From Macrostomum lignano (taxonomy: Eukaryota): a stretch of 64,000 bases of DNA. The DNA is taken from assembly GCA_002269645.1 (NCBI GenBank), contig NIVC01001699.1, positions 1 to 64,000 of the forward strand, written 5' to 3'. Below are positions 10,755-23,030 of the stretch, one piece after another (position 1 is the stretch's first letter; the number at the start of each line of letters is the position of its first letter). The notes beneath the pieces were generated by a model. The model was not told where the DNA came from. It ran no database searches and saw only the letters and a list, made by a program, of their open reading frames with translations. The position numbers and the translations under genes are program-made.

Positions 10755-11262
10755 CACTCAGCAACATTTAAAACGCAACACTCTAACTAGAAGAAAAATC
10801 AACTCACTCAGAAGAGTCAAAGCGCATAGTCTATGGTTCAAATCGAGCTTCAGAAACGCGTGTAGCTTCCTCTCGCAAGTAACAGGGCGATGACTATGGA
10901 CTGTTTTCGGATGGAGTGATCCAGCTGAGAGAATGGTTCAGCAGATGACAGACGCGGAAAGACGCGGACAGACGTCGGTGCTTCACCAACTTCGCAGTAC
11001 AACAGCTGTTGTTCGAAGAGTACAACCTGCTTCCAACATTCCGACTGCTCGCCATCTTTCCGCGTCTGTCATCTGTTGAGCCGTTCTCTCAGCTGGATCA
11101 CTCTATCTGAAAACAGTCCATAGTCATCGCCCTGTTACTTGCGAGAGGAAGCTACACGCGTTTCTGAGGCTCGATTTGAGCCATGGACTGTGCGCTTTGA
11201 CTCTTCTGAGTGAGTTGATTTTTCTTCTAGTTGGAGTGTTGCGTTTTAAATGTTGCTGAGTG
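10755..11262. mobile_element. MITE with about 208-bp TIRs and TA target duplication (Tc1/mariner-like non-autonomous element)
   Basis: TA|CACTCAGCAACATTTAAAACGC ... GCGTTTTAAATGTTGCTGAGTG|TA. The arms align with 10 mismatches. Confidence 0.85.
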
Positions 11263-12024
11263 TATATTCAATTGAGACTTAACTTATCATCCATTTCTCA
11301 TAAATTCTAAACATAACAATGTAATTAAACTAAAACTAGGCAATGTCAAAAAAACGTTTAATAAAATAAGGCTTAAAAACAAAGGTGAAAACTCAAGGCA
11401 TCTTAAATGCTTCGCGCGTAAAGACATTTTATTTACTTCCTTTTATATTTGTATTAGGCTTTGGCCATAGACAATGCTTTTAAATGAGCGTCATGCATGT
11501 ACTTTCTACCATGACGCTCAAGTTCCCGTTCTGAGTGATTAGGAAGTCCGAGGTATGATAGCAAATTGGCAACACTTTATTTGGAATACTCGTGCGTAAA
11601 AACAGTTTGAATGTAAATTATGTAAATTTTTTATTGACAGATTTTGGTGCCTTAAAAGTTTAGCTCTGTTTTGTACGACCTATTAGATATTTTTTACGAT
11701 TACGTGTGCACGTGTCTCCACGCTTTTATGCTGCTAGATACGGGAATTGCTCTTCCTCTATTGCCGCTTTCCCGCAAATATTAAGGTAACAAGATAATGT
11801 AACTCGCAAAAATGCGCTATAGGACCCGAAATAACTTGTCCTAGACATCTCCATCTAAAATAACCTGTCCCAAACACCTCTGTCTGAAATAGCCTGTCCT
11901 AGACACCTGCAAACCAAATCCTTCAGTGCATAGAGAGTAAGAGAGAAAAGGGGTGGCGCCCCAGCCCCCAGCCAGACCGATAAACAGTTTGGCTTTCCTC
12001 TTGCCCTCCTGTGTCTGAATTTGA

Positions 12025-12331
12025 CCTCTCTCCTTACTGCTCTCTCATTGGCTAAGCCAGATTGGGCCTGCCCCCTAGGCTGAGTTTTGTACGTCCAACT
12101 TTGTCCTCTCTCCTTACTGCTCTCTCATTGGCTGAGCCAGATTGAGCCTGCCCCCTAGGCTGAGTTTTGTACGTCCAACTTTGTCCTCTCTCCTTACTGC
12201 TCTCTCATTGGCTGAGCCAGATTGAGCCTGCCCCCTAGGCTGAGTTTTGTACGTCCAACTTTGTCCTCTCTCCTTACTGCTCTCTCATTGGCTGAGCTAG
12301 ATTGGGCCTGCCCCCTAGGCTGAGTTTCGTC
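12025..12331. repeat. Tandem repeat, 80-bp unit, about 3.8 copies
   Basis: CCTCTCTCCTTACTGC recurs at 12025, 12105, 12185 and 12265. Confidence 0.95.
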
Positions 12332-13278
12332 CGTCTTGCGTTCACTTGTGTACATCGAGTTAAATGCTTGTTGTTAATTTCTAACCTCATATGCTTATGA
12401 AGCCTCAAACCCCGATTAAGAAAAGGCTATTTTGGCTGCCTCATTGTTTTCTCTGAAAGCAGAGAAGACGCTCTACGCTCTACAACTTAATTACGAGTGA
12501 CACATCTAGTAATTTTAGTATTTGCGGTATTTGCTCAACTGTCCGGTTCCTAAAAACACACCTGATTACGCCATTGCCAAATTATTTTTGTCTGCGAAGT
12601 CGATCGCAATTCTGTTAAAGTGCACGTGCACTCATTCGCTCTTCCATTCAATTAAAGCTGTTAACTAAAAAAGTGAAGTTACTATGCAATGTGTAGAACT
12701 TTATTATTCAGTTTACCTGTCGATACTAGGGGAAAAAGCAGCGACATTTTTTAGCTCAGCCTAAATTATGGTCAGCCCACATTATAGTGTACAGCGGCCC
12801 TGACTCTCATTGACAGGCGTGTGCGTACACACTGCCTGTTCGTGGCTCACGCCTCAAAGCCATGGACATATCAATCTGAGTGGGGTGGATAGTGTTATTA
12901 CGAGTAGCACTCGTAGTGCCAATGTCATATGGTCTTTTTCTAAACTCTATTTTCTGCTTTGAACCATTAAAATCCAATTATATTGATAACATTTTCGGAA
13001 CCCCGATGCTGTGTAATGTGATCTGTTGCAGTCCGACTCAATTTGACTACATTTGTCTTCGCGCTAAAATCATTTCTTGTGTTATCATTTATTCCGCTGT
13101 AACTGTTAGTTTTTGTCTGGCGCTGAAAGAGTGACACATTTTCTTAAAATATTGATACTGACAATTCAAATTTATATACTTTGTTACTTCCCTGACTTAC
13201 TTCTTTATTGATATTGATATTCCAGCCCCAATGTGTTTCTGCCCTTTCGTGTAATTTTTGTATAGTAGGCTCTCTGAT

Positions 13279-14069
13279 CAGATCCTGGATGTTCATCAGT
13301 ACCATCCCAGCTCCTAGATGTTTATCAGTACCATCCCAGCTCCTGGATGTTTATCAGTACCATCCCAGCTCCTGGATATTTATCAGTACCATCCCAGATC
13401 CTGGATGCTCATAAATACCATCCTAGATCCTGGATGTTCATCAATACCATCCCAGATCCTGGATGTTCATCAGTACCATCCCAGATCCTGGATGTTCATC
13501 AGTACCATCCCAGATCCTGGATGTTCATCAGTACCATCCCAGATCCTGGATGTTCATCAGTACCATCCCAGATCCTGGATGTTCATCAGTAACATCCCAG
13601 ATCCTGGATGTTCATCAGTAACATCCCAGATCCTGGATGTTCATCAGTTCCACCCCAGCTCCTAGATGTTTATCAGTACCATCCCAGATCCTGGATGTTC
13701 ATCAGTACCATCCCAGATCCTGGATGTTCATCAGTACCATCCCAGATCCTGGATGTTCATCAGTACCATCCCAGATCCTGGATGTTCATCAGTAACATCC
13801 CAGATCCTGGATGTTCATCAGTAACATCCCAGATCCTGGATGTTCATCAGTTCCACCCCAGCTCCTAGATGTTCATCAGTACCATCCCAGATCCTGGATG
13901 TTCATCAGTACCATCCCAGATCCTGGATGTTCATCAGTACCATCCCAGATCCTGGATGTTCATCAGTAACATCCCAGATCCTGGATGTTCATCAGTAACA
14001 TCCCAGATCCTGGATGTTCATCAGTTCCACCCCAGCTCCTAGATGTTTATCAGTTTCATTCCAGATCCT
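13279..14069. repeat. Minisatellite, 29-bp unit with higher-order variants
   Basis: Unit CCATCCCAGATCCTGGATGTTCATCAGTA. The variant TTCCACCCCAGCTCCTAG recurs near 13648, 13851 and 14025. Confidence 0.95.
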
Positions 14070-15029
14070 CACCAATCGATAAACTATACATAAAATCAAT
14101 GTAGAAGTTTAATTTTAACACAAAAAGTCAACAGAGTGTAGATAGCGCATTTATCTGAGGCGGCCTTAAATAAAAGGACAAATTTCCAGACGTTTATTTC
14201 AATTCAATGCTAACGACTGGCCCATTAAAATGGGCAACAGATGAACTAATAAACCAGAATCAACAAGCAGGTAAGATTGCTGTGGTTTAATCTCGTTTTT
14301 TTATTTTTTTGCCAGATACATTCGACCCTCTAGGAGCATTTTCTTTAGCACTAAATTCACAATAGCTCACCTTCTGGACTTCTCTTTTCCAAATAAAGCA
14401 AGTACATTTATGTGCTTCCTCCCAGGTGCACTCGCAAGGCAACGCTCAGAGTATACAGTTGCACAGCGCTGAATAGAGGTTTCGCCATAGACAATTTCGG
14501 CCGAGAAAATCTGCGCTGGAAAAAATACAGTACTGTGGCGGTCCAATCAGCACGCAGCCAGCGATTGCGAGTACATCTGCACTGAAACCCCCTGCCCGCC
14601 AAGCTGGGGGGTGGGTGTACTCGGACAGACAGTCAATATGCTAAGTCGGGGGGGGGGGGGTTCGTGCCACCTTTTTGGCGCACCTCCCCATGTGATCGCG
14701 TGCTTATTTATACCTGACGCGTAAAGCTAATAAACTTTTACTTTTCTCGCTTGCAACTTACTTCGTTTTTCCGCAAGCTGCTAAAGTACAGAAAATAGGG
14801 ACAGCTGAAATTTGAAACTATGCTTGCTTGTTTGCCTAACCTTGTGAGTGCACTTCAAACGAAACACACACACACACACGTGTTTAATTTGGAATTTGTA
14901 AATTTAGAAGGTGAGATATTGTCCATGTAATTGCTAAAAGACTGAAAACTTTCTATCTTGCCAGTGCATTTTGCAGCATAAACCCGCCTTCGGATAATTT
15001 TGCACGTTTTTTTGAGTTACAAGTGTACT

Positions 15030-15560
15030 ATACTTGCTCTACTGATGTGCTGTGACGTACGGGATGTGCTTGACTGAATACATACTTGCTCTACTGATGT
15101 GCTGTGACGTACGGGATGTGCTTGACTGAATACATACTTGCTCTACTGATGTGCTGTGACGTACGGGATGTGCTTGACTGAATACATACTTGCTCTACTG
15201 ATGTGCTGTGACGTACGCGATGTGCTTGACTGAATACATACTTGCTCTACTGATGTGCTGTGACGTACGCGATGTGCTTGACTGAATACATACTTGCTCT
15301 ACTGATGTGCTGTGACGTACGGATGTGCTTGACTGAATACATACTTGCTCTACTGATGTGCTGTGACGTACGCGATGTGCTTGACTGAATACATACTTGC
15401 TCTACTGATGTGCTGTGACGTACGCGATGTGCTTGACTGAATACATACTTGCTCTACTGATGTGCTGTGACGTACGGGATGTGCTTGACTGAATACATAC
15501 TTGCTCTACTGATGTGCTGTGACGTACGGGATGTGCTTGACTGAATACATACTTGCTCTA
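15030..15560. repeat. Tandem repeat, 52-bp unit, about 10 copies
   Basis: Unit ATACTTGCTCTACTGATGTGCTGTGACGTACGGGATGTGCTTGACTGAATAC. Confidence 0.95.
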
Positions 15561-15865
15561 GTTAGCAATAACAAGAATGCGCAAAACTTCGACAGTGCGT
15601 GTCCACAAGGATTAGGATAAGACCAGCTATAAGACAACGAGTAGATATATAACCTACTAATAGAAACAAGTACTGGCCTATCGCAAGTTCAAATATTAAT
15701 TTTGAACACGCACATGTAGAAGCGATCACCGAAACCGCGGGTCACTTTTATGTGAAAACCCCGGGTTGGGGATCCTGCGAGTCTCTCAGATAATTCTCCG
15801 TTTTACATGTGGTCTCTTACATGCTTTACCTGTAATCTCGCCGCTGACACCGAGGCTTCAGTCAG

Positions 15866-16983
15866 TTATTTCGCGGTCGCAGTGGCGACACTGTCGGGCA
15901 GCTGCAGCTCTTGCACAGCCTGGCGCACCATGCTGCCCACCTCGAACCGGCGCCGCCAGTGCAGATTGTCCTCCACGCGCATGTGCGTCCAGTCTCCGTG
16001 TCTTAGGGAGTCGCGCAGAGCGGCGAAATTCAATGAGAACAGCAGGTTCATGTGGAACTCCAGACTTTGGATCACTGGCAGGATGCCGATTGACACCAGC
16101 TGGTACCTGATGTGCGACATGCCGGCGTGAATACTTAGTTTGTGTTTTGTTCGCACGCCTGTTTATTAGGCTAGAAATCCATTTTGGCACTGCAGACGGA
16201 ACTACATACTTGTTCACCTGCACCCAATTCTTGCCCACCTGCACCCAACTTGCCCATCTGCACCCGATTTGCCCACCTGCACCCAACTTGCCCACCTGCA
16301 CCCAACTTGCCCACCTGCACCCAATTCTTGCCCACCTGCACCCAACTTGCCCACCTGCACCCAATTCTTGCCCACCTGCACCCGACTTGCCCACCTGCAC
16401 CCGACTTGCCCACCTGCACCCAATTCTTGCCCACCTGCACCCGACTTGCCCACCTGCACCCAATTCTTGCCCACCTGCACCCGATTTGCCCACCTACACC
16501 CAACTTGCCCACCTGCACCCAATTCTTGCCCACCTGCACCCGACTTGCCCACCTGCACCCGACTTGCACACCTGCACCCGACTTCCCACCTGCACCCAAT
16601 TCTTGCCCACCTGCACCCAACAAGCCCCCCTCACGGCACACAACTTGGCGCCCCTTGAAACCTTTTTTGCGCTGCTCACAACATCTCATTGGCACTTCAG
16701 CCCATGCATATTGGCGCTGCGACACCTCACATGCCTTGCATTTATCTACGAGATACATGCGCAAGCCTCTGCCGGCAGGAGCCAATGCTCATAGCTGCAG
16801 TAATAGATTGCCTCCAGCTCGTCCTTACCTGACTTCGTAATCGTACAGAATCACCGCCAGCATGCAGACGGACAGTATAGTCAAGCAGCTGAGCGTATTG
16901 TACAGCAGCTGGATGAGTATATCGTTCTCGTATTCCAATTTTAGCTGAATTTCGGTGCCGTTAGTAGCGTTGCTGACTGACAT
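15866..16983 (-). CDS. Membrane protein with a GPCR-like N-terminus; two exons (16829-16983, 15866-16133)
   Basis: MSVSNATNGTE carries two N-glycosylation sequons, followed by hydrophobic LYNTLSCLTILSVCMLAVILY. The phase-2 donor AG|GTAAGG joins in frame to acceptor CTAAG|T. A second hydrophobic segment follows (YQLVSIGILPVIQSL). Confidence 0.55.
16213..16620. repeat. Intronic minisatellite, 19/21-bp units
   Basis: CCCACCTGCACCCAACTTG and CCCACCTGCACCCAATTCTTG units lie inside intron 16134-16828. Confidence 0.95.
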
Positions 16984-17860
16984 TTCGTCTAGCGCTAATT
17001 ATTGCCTGGCCTAATAACTATGCTCAAAGAGACGATTATAGCGTACGCGAGTTAAAACGGACTGACAACAAGCAAGCAATCTGAATCCAGTGTTATAGCA
17101 AAAATGTTGTATGCTTCAAGAGCAATACTTCAAAGGCTCGGAAAAGGGCAAGCAAGTTGATTTGGCCATAGACAGCACAAATAAGGATGCAAGCAGCAAC
17201 CTCTCTCATAGGCTCATATATAGGCTTGGGCTCTGGTAAATTTACTAATTATTTACACCTGCGAAAGCAGAACGGTGGCACAATACGATGTAATATCGGA
17301 CAGGATGAGACAACCTGATCACAATTCTTTGTTTGTATACCCTTTTTTCGTGTAAAGTTAAAATAATTATCGTTATTTAAAACAAAATTTCTTTGCCAGT
17401 GAAACAAAAACAGTGCAGCAGAGTTGTCACAGGTGACAATATTTGAGTAGAACAAAGGCAAATCCGTGCGGACCAGTCTGCATTTTGGCTATATTTCTTT
17501 TAGAGTAAAAATAAATGAACTTTTAGGGCGCTGCAGCGACACTCTATTGTGCAGCAGTTGGCAATAAATTGACGCGAGCAAATACGGAACAGTATAGTAA
17601 TGTAGCCATGCGGTACGGGCAAGCACAAAGCGATTGAGCGTTCATGAAAATATCCAGGTGCAATAGAAATAGCCAATATTGCGTTTAGTGCAAAACCTTT
17701 TGAAACGTTTGCGCGGCTTAATTCTACGGTCTTTAGCGACTGAGACCCGCTGTCAAGAACTGTTTGAATGAAGAAAAATAGCCAGCACCCCGTAATATAG
17801 CAAGTTTTAAAGGCCCATTAGTTTACAGGCTTGTACAATTGTACAACTATTTACTGCTTT

Positions 17861-18256
17861 CAGGGACGCAACCATGGAGGGGGGAAGGGGCGAGGGGGCG
17901 GCTGCCCCCTTTCGGCGGAGACCTGGAAGAAATGAAAGGGGCATTTTCGCCAAAATACAAGCCCGCCCCCTTCGCCCCCCTTTGGGTCTTCACCCCCGAA
18001 ATCCGCCCCTTGGGTCTACACCCCCCCTGGAATCCGCCCCCTCGGGTCTTCAACCCCCCCCCCGGAATCCACCCCCTTGGGTCTTCAACCCCCCTGGAAT
18101 CCGCCCCCTTGGGTCTTCAACCCCCCGAAATCCGCCCCTTGGGTCTTCAACCCCCCGAAATCCACCCCTTGGATCTTCAACCCCCAGGAATCCGCCCCCT
18201 TGGGTCTTCAACCCCCTGAAATCCGCCCCCCCCCCCAATTTCTGGTTGCGCCACTG
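17861..18256. mobile_element. hAT-like non-autonomous element with internal tandem repeats of about 20-30 bp
   Basis: TIRs CAGGGACGCAACCA and TGGTTGCGCCACTG (2 mismatches). Flanking 8-mers ACTGCTTT and ACTGCTGC. Internal CCCCTTGGGTCTTCAACCCC repeats. Confidence 0.65.
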
Positions 18257-18728
18257 ACTGCTGCAGCTATATGCCTTGTTGAACAGCTACTCTCTACTCC
18301 AATGCATTTAAATCAGCAAACATCCTTTTTTGCGTCAACCCACTTGAAACTTACAAAAAGCTTACAGATGTCGTTTAGATCTTTATATGCAATCAGTTCA
18401 AAGTACTCGTATGGCTATCGCAAAGTTAAGGCTGTGTGTTTTGAGCCCCTCCTGAACACTAACTGGTTCTTAAGAATGCTAAACTATTAAACATCGATGC
18501 AGCGTTGCTATGAATGATGATAAGTAAAGATGGCTTCAGTTCATCAGTAACCCAGATCTAATGGTGTAACATACCATTAATAAACTGTTCTAAAATCAGA
18601 ATGTTCAGCCCATTTTTCATGACTAAGTATCTTACTAAAAAATCGAAATACAAAAGTAACTGGTAGTTCCACCATACATCTGTGGGTCGTATAGGGTCAA
18701 GAGGGAATAGTAAAGGGCATTGGAATTG

Positions 18729-19023
18729 TCACAGGTAAGTATTCTCTCCATTTGCATTTACTTTGTTTGCGTTCAACGGCGGGACTGTCACTCGCGCAAT
18801 CGGCGACCTCGATTGCCATGCGGCCGATTCTGATTGGCTACCGGCGGCAAACTGCGGTGCCCTGCTTGGCTCGCTGCCGACGTTCGCTGACGCAGACTGG
18901 TAGCTGAATACTGGGTTGCGGGTGTGCAGCATCTGGTCGTGGCTCGCCTGGGCCACGTCACGCCAAATGTCTGCCGGCAGGGGTGCCCGCTGGTGATGAT
19001 GCTGCATCAGCTGCTGGGCCAGA

Positions 19024-19096
<73 letters not shown>

Positions 19097-20551
19097 TTGG
19101 CGGCATCTCCGCACTCGCCAGGCTGTAGACGCTGCCAGTGCGATTGCCTCTGAAGCCTTGCTGCTGCTGTTGCTGCTGATGGTTGCGGGACTCACCGGGC
19201 CGATCGAATGTGCTATCTCGGACAGACGAACGGCGGACAATGCCGGACTTTCTGGTGCCCCCGCTGTCGCTGCTGTTGTTGTTGAAGCCGAACGCCTTGC
19301 TCAGACTGGCCGTCATTCGTTTCCAACTGTCGCCGAACCGTTTTGAGCGACTCTTCTGTCGTAGCGATCGTCGTAAGCCTTCTCCATCTGCTCCTGCAGC
19401 TGTTCCTCTGTCTGTGGCCTGTCGTAGGCGAAGATCGGCTCCTCCCACTGCTCCTGATAAGGCTCGCGGACAACCGGCGGGCCGCCGCCTCGCCTGTATC
19501 GAGCGTTTGGAGGAGCTGGGGCGGGGCCCTTGAAGCGCCTAGGCTGGAGCGGACTCCGGTAGTGCCCGTTACCAACGCCAACTGAGCTCATTTCCAACTC
19601 GGAAGAGAATCGCGTCAATTGGCGCGGCGGCTGCTCCGCTGCCGGTGTGGCTGACTCATCCTCCGAATAGTCTGGCTCGAGCAGGCTGCCTTCCATGAAG
19701 TCTGTCGGTGCCTGAAACGGATGTTGGCCAAGCAGTTGTTGACGAATCTCTGCGATGAGTTTTTTCTTCTCAGCATCGCCGATTTTGGCTCCGGAGACGG
19801 CCCCCTCTGCTGATGCGATCGCTTGCTGCTGCTGCGATGGGCTTGACGAGTGGCTCAGCAAGTCCCGGAGAATCTCCTGCTTTATTTCCTCCTTCAGTGT
19901 TTCAGTTGAGTCCGCTTTCGACAGACCTCTACGCAATGTGTCGTCTCGCTCCTCCAACTCCTCTGTGACAGTTGGTAGCTCCTGCTTGCTCGGGTCATAC
20001 AATCTACCTTCGTTTGGGTCGACGTCAACTACCCTGTTCTTCTCCTTCTTTTCTGCCAGCGCGAATACATATTCTCGCATGCGGGACACCCTGCTGTCTT
20101 CCATCGGCTCAGCAGCTGCATCTTTCTCGCTGTTTAATCCGCCATCTACCGCAGACGGCGGCGCTGGTGCCGGTGGCTTTTGCGTGCGGGCAGGCCGTCG
20201 CGCCTGACCGTTGGCCTGCAGCGATTCCGCTACAGCCTGTCGCTGCAGGCCTCCGTTGAGGTTGTTCACTTGCTGCGACAGACGCGTCAAGCCACCGCCG
20301 GTTGCTGCAGACTGGCTGTGTGTTTCGCCACCGCCGGCACTGCTACGCAAAATCGAATGATTAAACCGCAGTGCGTCCTCTGTCTGGTCGCGGAATACGA
20401 CGTTACGCCGATTTTTCTCATCGCTCAGATGACCGCCGCCACCCGCCGCATTTCGTAGTATTGGACGCGGAGTGCTCGGCGCGCTGGGCCCTCCGTCTGT
20501 CGAGGCCGGATCGGCTGTTCCGTCCGGAGAACCGCTCTGTTCGTTACCCAT
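18729..20551 (-). CDS. Intronless low-complexity protein of about 607 aa with N-myristoylation motif and polyQ; 1-nt frameshift near 19355
   Basis: ATG at 20551 begins MGNEQSG, with an in-frame stop shortly upstream. ORFs 19313..20566 and 18729..19448 join as ...YDRKSRSKRFGDSWKRM if one A is restored. Confidence 0.65.
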
Positions 20552-21400
20552 CCTGAGCTGCTGCACGAAAACTGCAGCCTAGTGCTGGATCCTTCGGCTG
20601 GCCCTGCTTGTACCTTTTAGTTTCTCAATTCTTTTGCCGATTTCGCCGAGTGAACCTATGCTGCTGAACGAGTGCGCGGCGCTGCGCCTATAATTTTCTC
20701 TTTCTTATACACGCCTCAAAATACTTCGGCTTTCCTCCAACGAAAGAGGCGTAGGTGGAAAGAGAGTCGGGGTTGGCCTGACCTAAAAATATATCATTAC
20801 ACATACCCAGTTGGCCTCCAGCTGCTTGCTTAGGCCGAAAGCAAGCGAGTATTCAGAATATTTAACTACCATCTACCCTCGGAGCTTAAACTTTGGGCAA
20901 GCCTTGGTCATATAGCTGCGCTCTGAGTCTATTGTTCTTTATCTGTGCGCAAACCTCAATTGCATTGCTCTTGCAGCATTCAATTCATCAAAATTGTGAG
21001 ACTTGGGCCCCCACCCCCTGAGCATCTGCCTGGGGAGGGTTACATTGTCTTGGCAGAAATTGTGGCATTCATGAGTAACCCATACTTTCTTTTCTGTAAA
21101 AAGTTGCAGCCTGTCGACGAAGAAAGAGATCGAAAAATATAGCACTAGCAGCACTTGTGCACTTACGAGGTATACCCCGAATGGATAGGCTTTTGAGAAC
21201 AAGTGCATTTTGGCTTTTTTATAATGGTTTGATTGCTTGAACTTATCTTTTGAAAAAAGAGCTACTAAATATGTTAACACGTATGTAATAGCGCTACAAG
21301 TTCAAGTTGTTATACGCTCGTATAATCTATTATTGCTTTAAAATGTTTCCTTCTTGACGATGTAAAAAATCTGTGGGAAACATGTTTTGCTCTTGACAGT

Positions 21401-23030
21401 ACAACAACAACAACAACAACAAAGCACACCGCCGGGGAACAGAGTACTGTTCACGAAGGGCGGTGTTAGATCAGTTTTCTCAGTGCGAGCTCTCTAAAGG
21501 CGGCAACAGTGTGCGCCTGGCCGATCACCCCAGCGTCATCCAGCAGGCAATCCACGTAATGAGGCGTCCTTGATTGGCGTCCATGTCTCGGCGTTGTAGG
21601 TCAGGATGAATTCGACTACCGCCTAAAACAGCAGAACCCTCAAGCGGTTCGGCAGCGCGGCGTTCTGCAGGACGACCCGGATAGAGCGGAAGGCCGCCCA
21701 AGCCAGGCTCCTGCGTCGTGCTAAGTCCTCCTGGACACTAGGTACAAGAGCGCCGAGGTACGTGAAGCGCGTGCAGCGAGGTAGAGTTGTTGCACGACTG
21801 TCGGCGCTCCGGCAGGTGATGTTGAAAGGCAGCTCCGCAGGTAAAGTCCACGTTGGGGTGACGCTGGGGTGATCGGCCAGGCGCACACTGTTGCCGCCTT
21901 TAGAGAGCTCGCACTGAGAAAACTGATCTAACACCGCCCTTCGTGAACAGTACTCTGTTCCCCGGCGGTGTGCTTTGTTGTTGTTGTTGTTGTTGTACTG
22001 TCAAGTTCACCACATCGATGTTCACCGCTAGCCCGTCCCGATACTGCAGCTAGCATCAGGCTCTCTAGCATGCACTGGGCTCTCCAGACGTAGAGGCGAG
22101 CAGCGAAAGAGCGACAGCCACTTCTCAGGGTGGCGGCTGATTGTTCGTCGGCACAGCAAGAAGTCGGCCTCATCTGTTGGCAGGTCCCTTCACAGCACCC
22201 AATTGAGCACCAAGACGAAAAGGTAGGGTGCAAGTGTGTCACCTTGCAGCACACCCGAGGTCGTGTCAAACAGGTCGGACAGATAGGTCAGGTGTCACCA
22301 CAGCGTCCAGAGTCTCTGGGTAGAGAGTTATTGTTGCTGTGACCAATCCCTCTGGTATGTGGTGCGATCGCAAGACCGGCTTCTGTGATGAGGCCGGCGT
22401 TTAAATCCTCCTCCTTCGGCAGAAGCATGTCGATGTCGCTTAGCTGTCAAGAGGGCAGCGCATTGACGATTCCAGTAAAGAAGGCCTGCAGCTTACCGCG
22501 GCCAGCTTCGGCCGTGTCGCCCGTGATGTTCAGAGGCGTCCTGCACTTCCTCCTGGTCAGTGCGTTCACGGCGCTCCAAACAGTGCGGTGCCTTCTGTCG
22601 CGTCCTGCCGTTGTAACAGTCTGTATCTCAATTTTTTAAAACGAAATAAAAATACAAGACTGCTCGTAGCTTCTGGGGAGTTCGCTTGCTGCTCCCCCTT
22701 TTATGATTCTTTTGCGCTGTTTCCGCCTCTTGCTCGCTCTTTCACGGCGGTCGGCTGTCCTTGCCTGTAGGCCTCCGCGAGGGTAGCTTCAGCTCTCTTT
22801 CCTGCCACGCGCAGCGCCTTGAGTCTGGTTCAGTCTCCCAGACCGGCCGTTTGTGGTCCGTTTTCAGTGCCATCGGAATGATCCGCTGTTAGTCACGCGG
22901 GTGCGCTCGCAGAACTGCACGAGAATGTAATCCAGCTGTGCTAATCTCCGCGTGGCGTTCGGTCCAGTGTCATTCCACCGTCGCCGCTAGCTTGCAGCCG
23001 GTGAAATTTGCCAACCAGTGGGCCAAGGAC
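21401..23030 (-). mobile_element. Decayed LINE (RTE-like): endonuclease C-terminus, RT and (TTG)n tail, with an internal inverted duplication
   Basis: Minus-strand QLDYIL near 22940, GVLQGDTLAPYLFVLVL near 22230, FTYLGALVP near 21760; tail at 21402-21420. Confidence 0.9.

Noticed and set aside
14408-14602. Possible downstream exon of the membrane-protein gene
   Set aside because: No splice phase joins it convincingly to the donor near 15830, and the translation is not recognisable.
15030-15560. CRISPR-like array (also considered for 12025, 35025, 41787 and 56860)
   Set aside because: Units are contiguous with no unique spacers; the context is eukaryotic and there are no cas genes.
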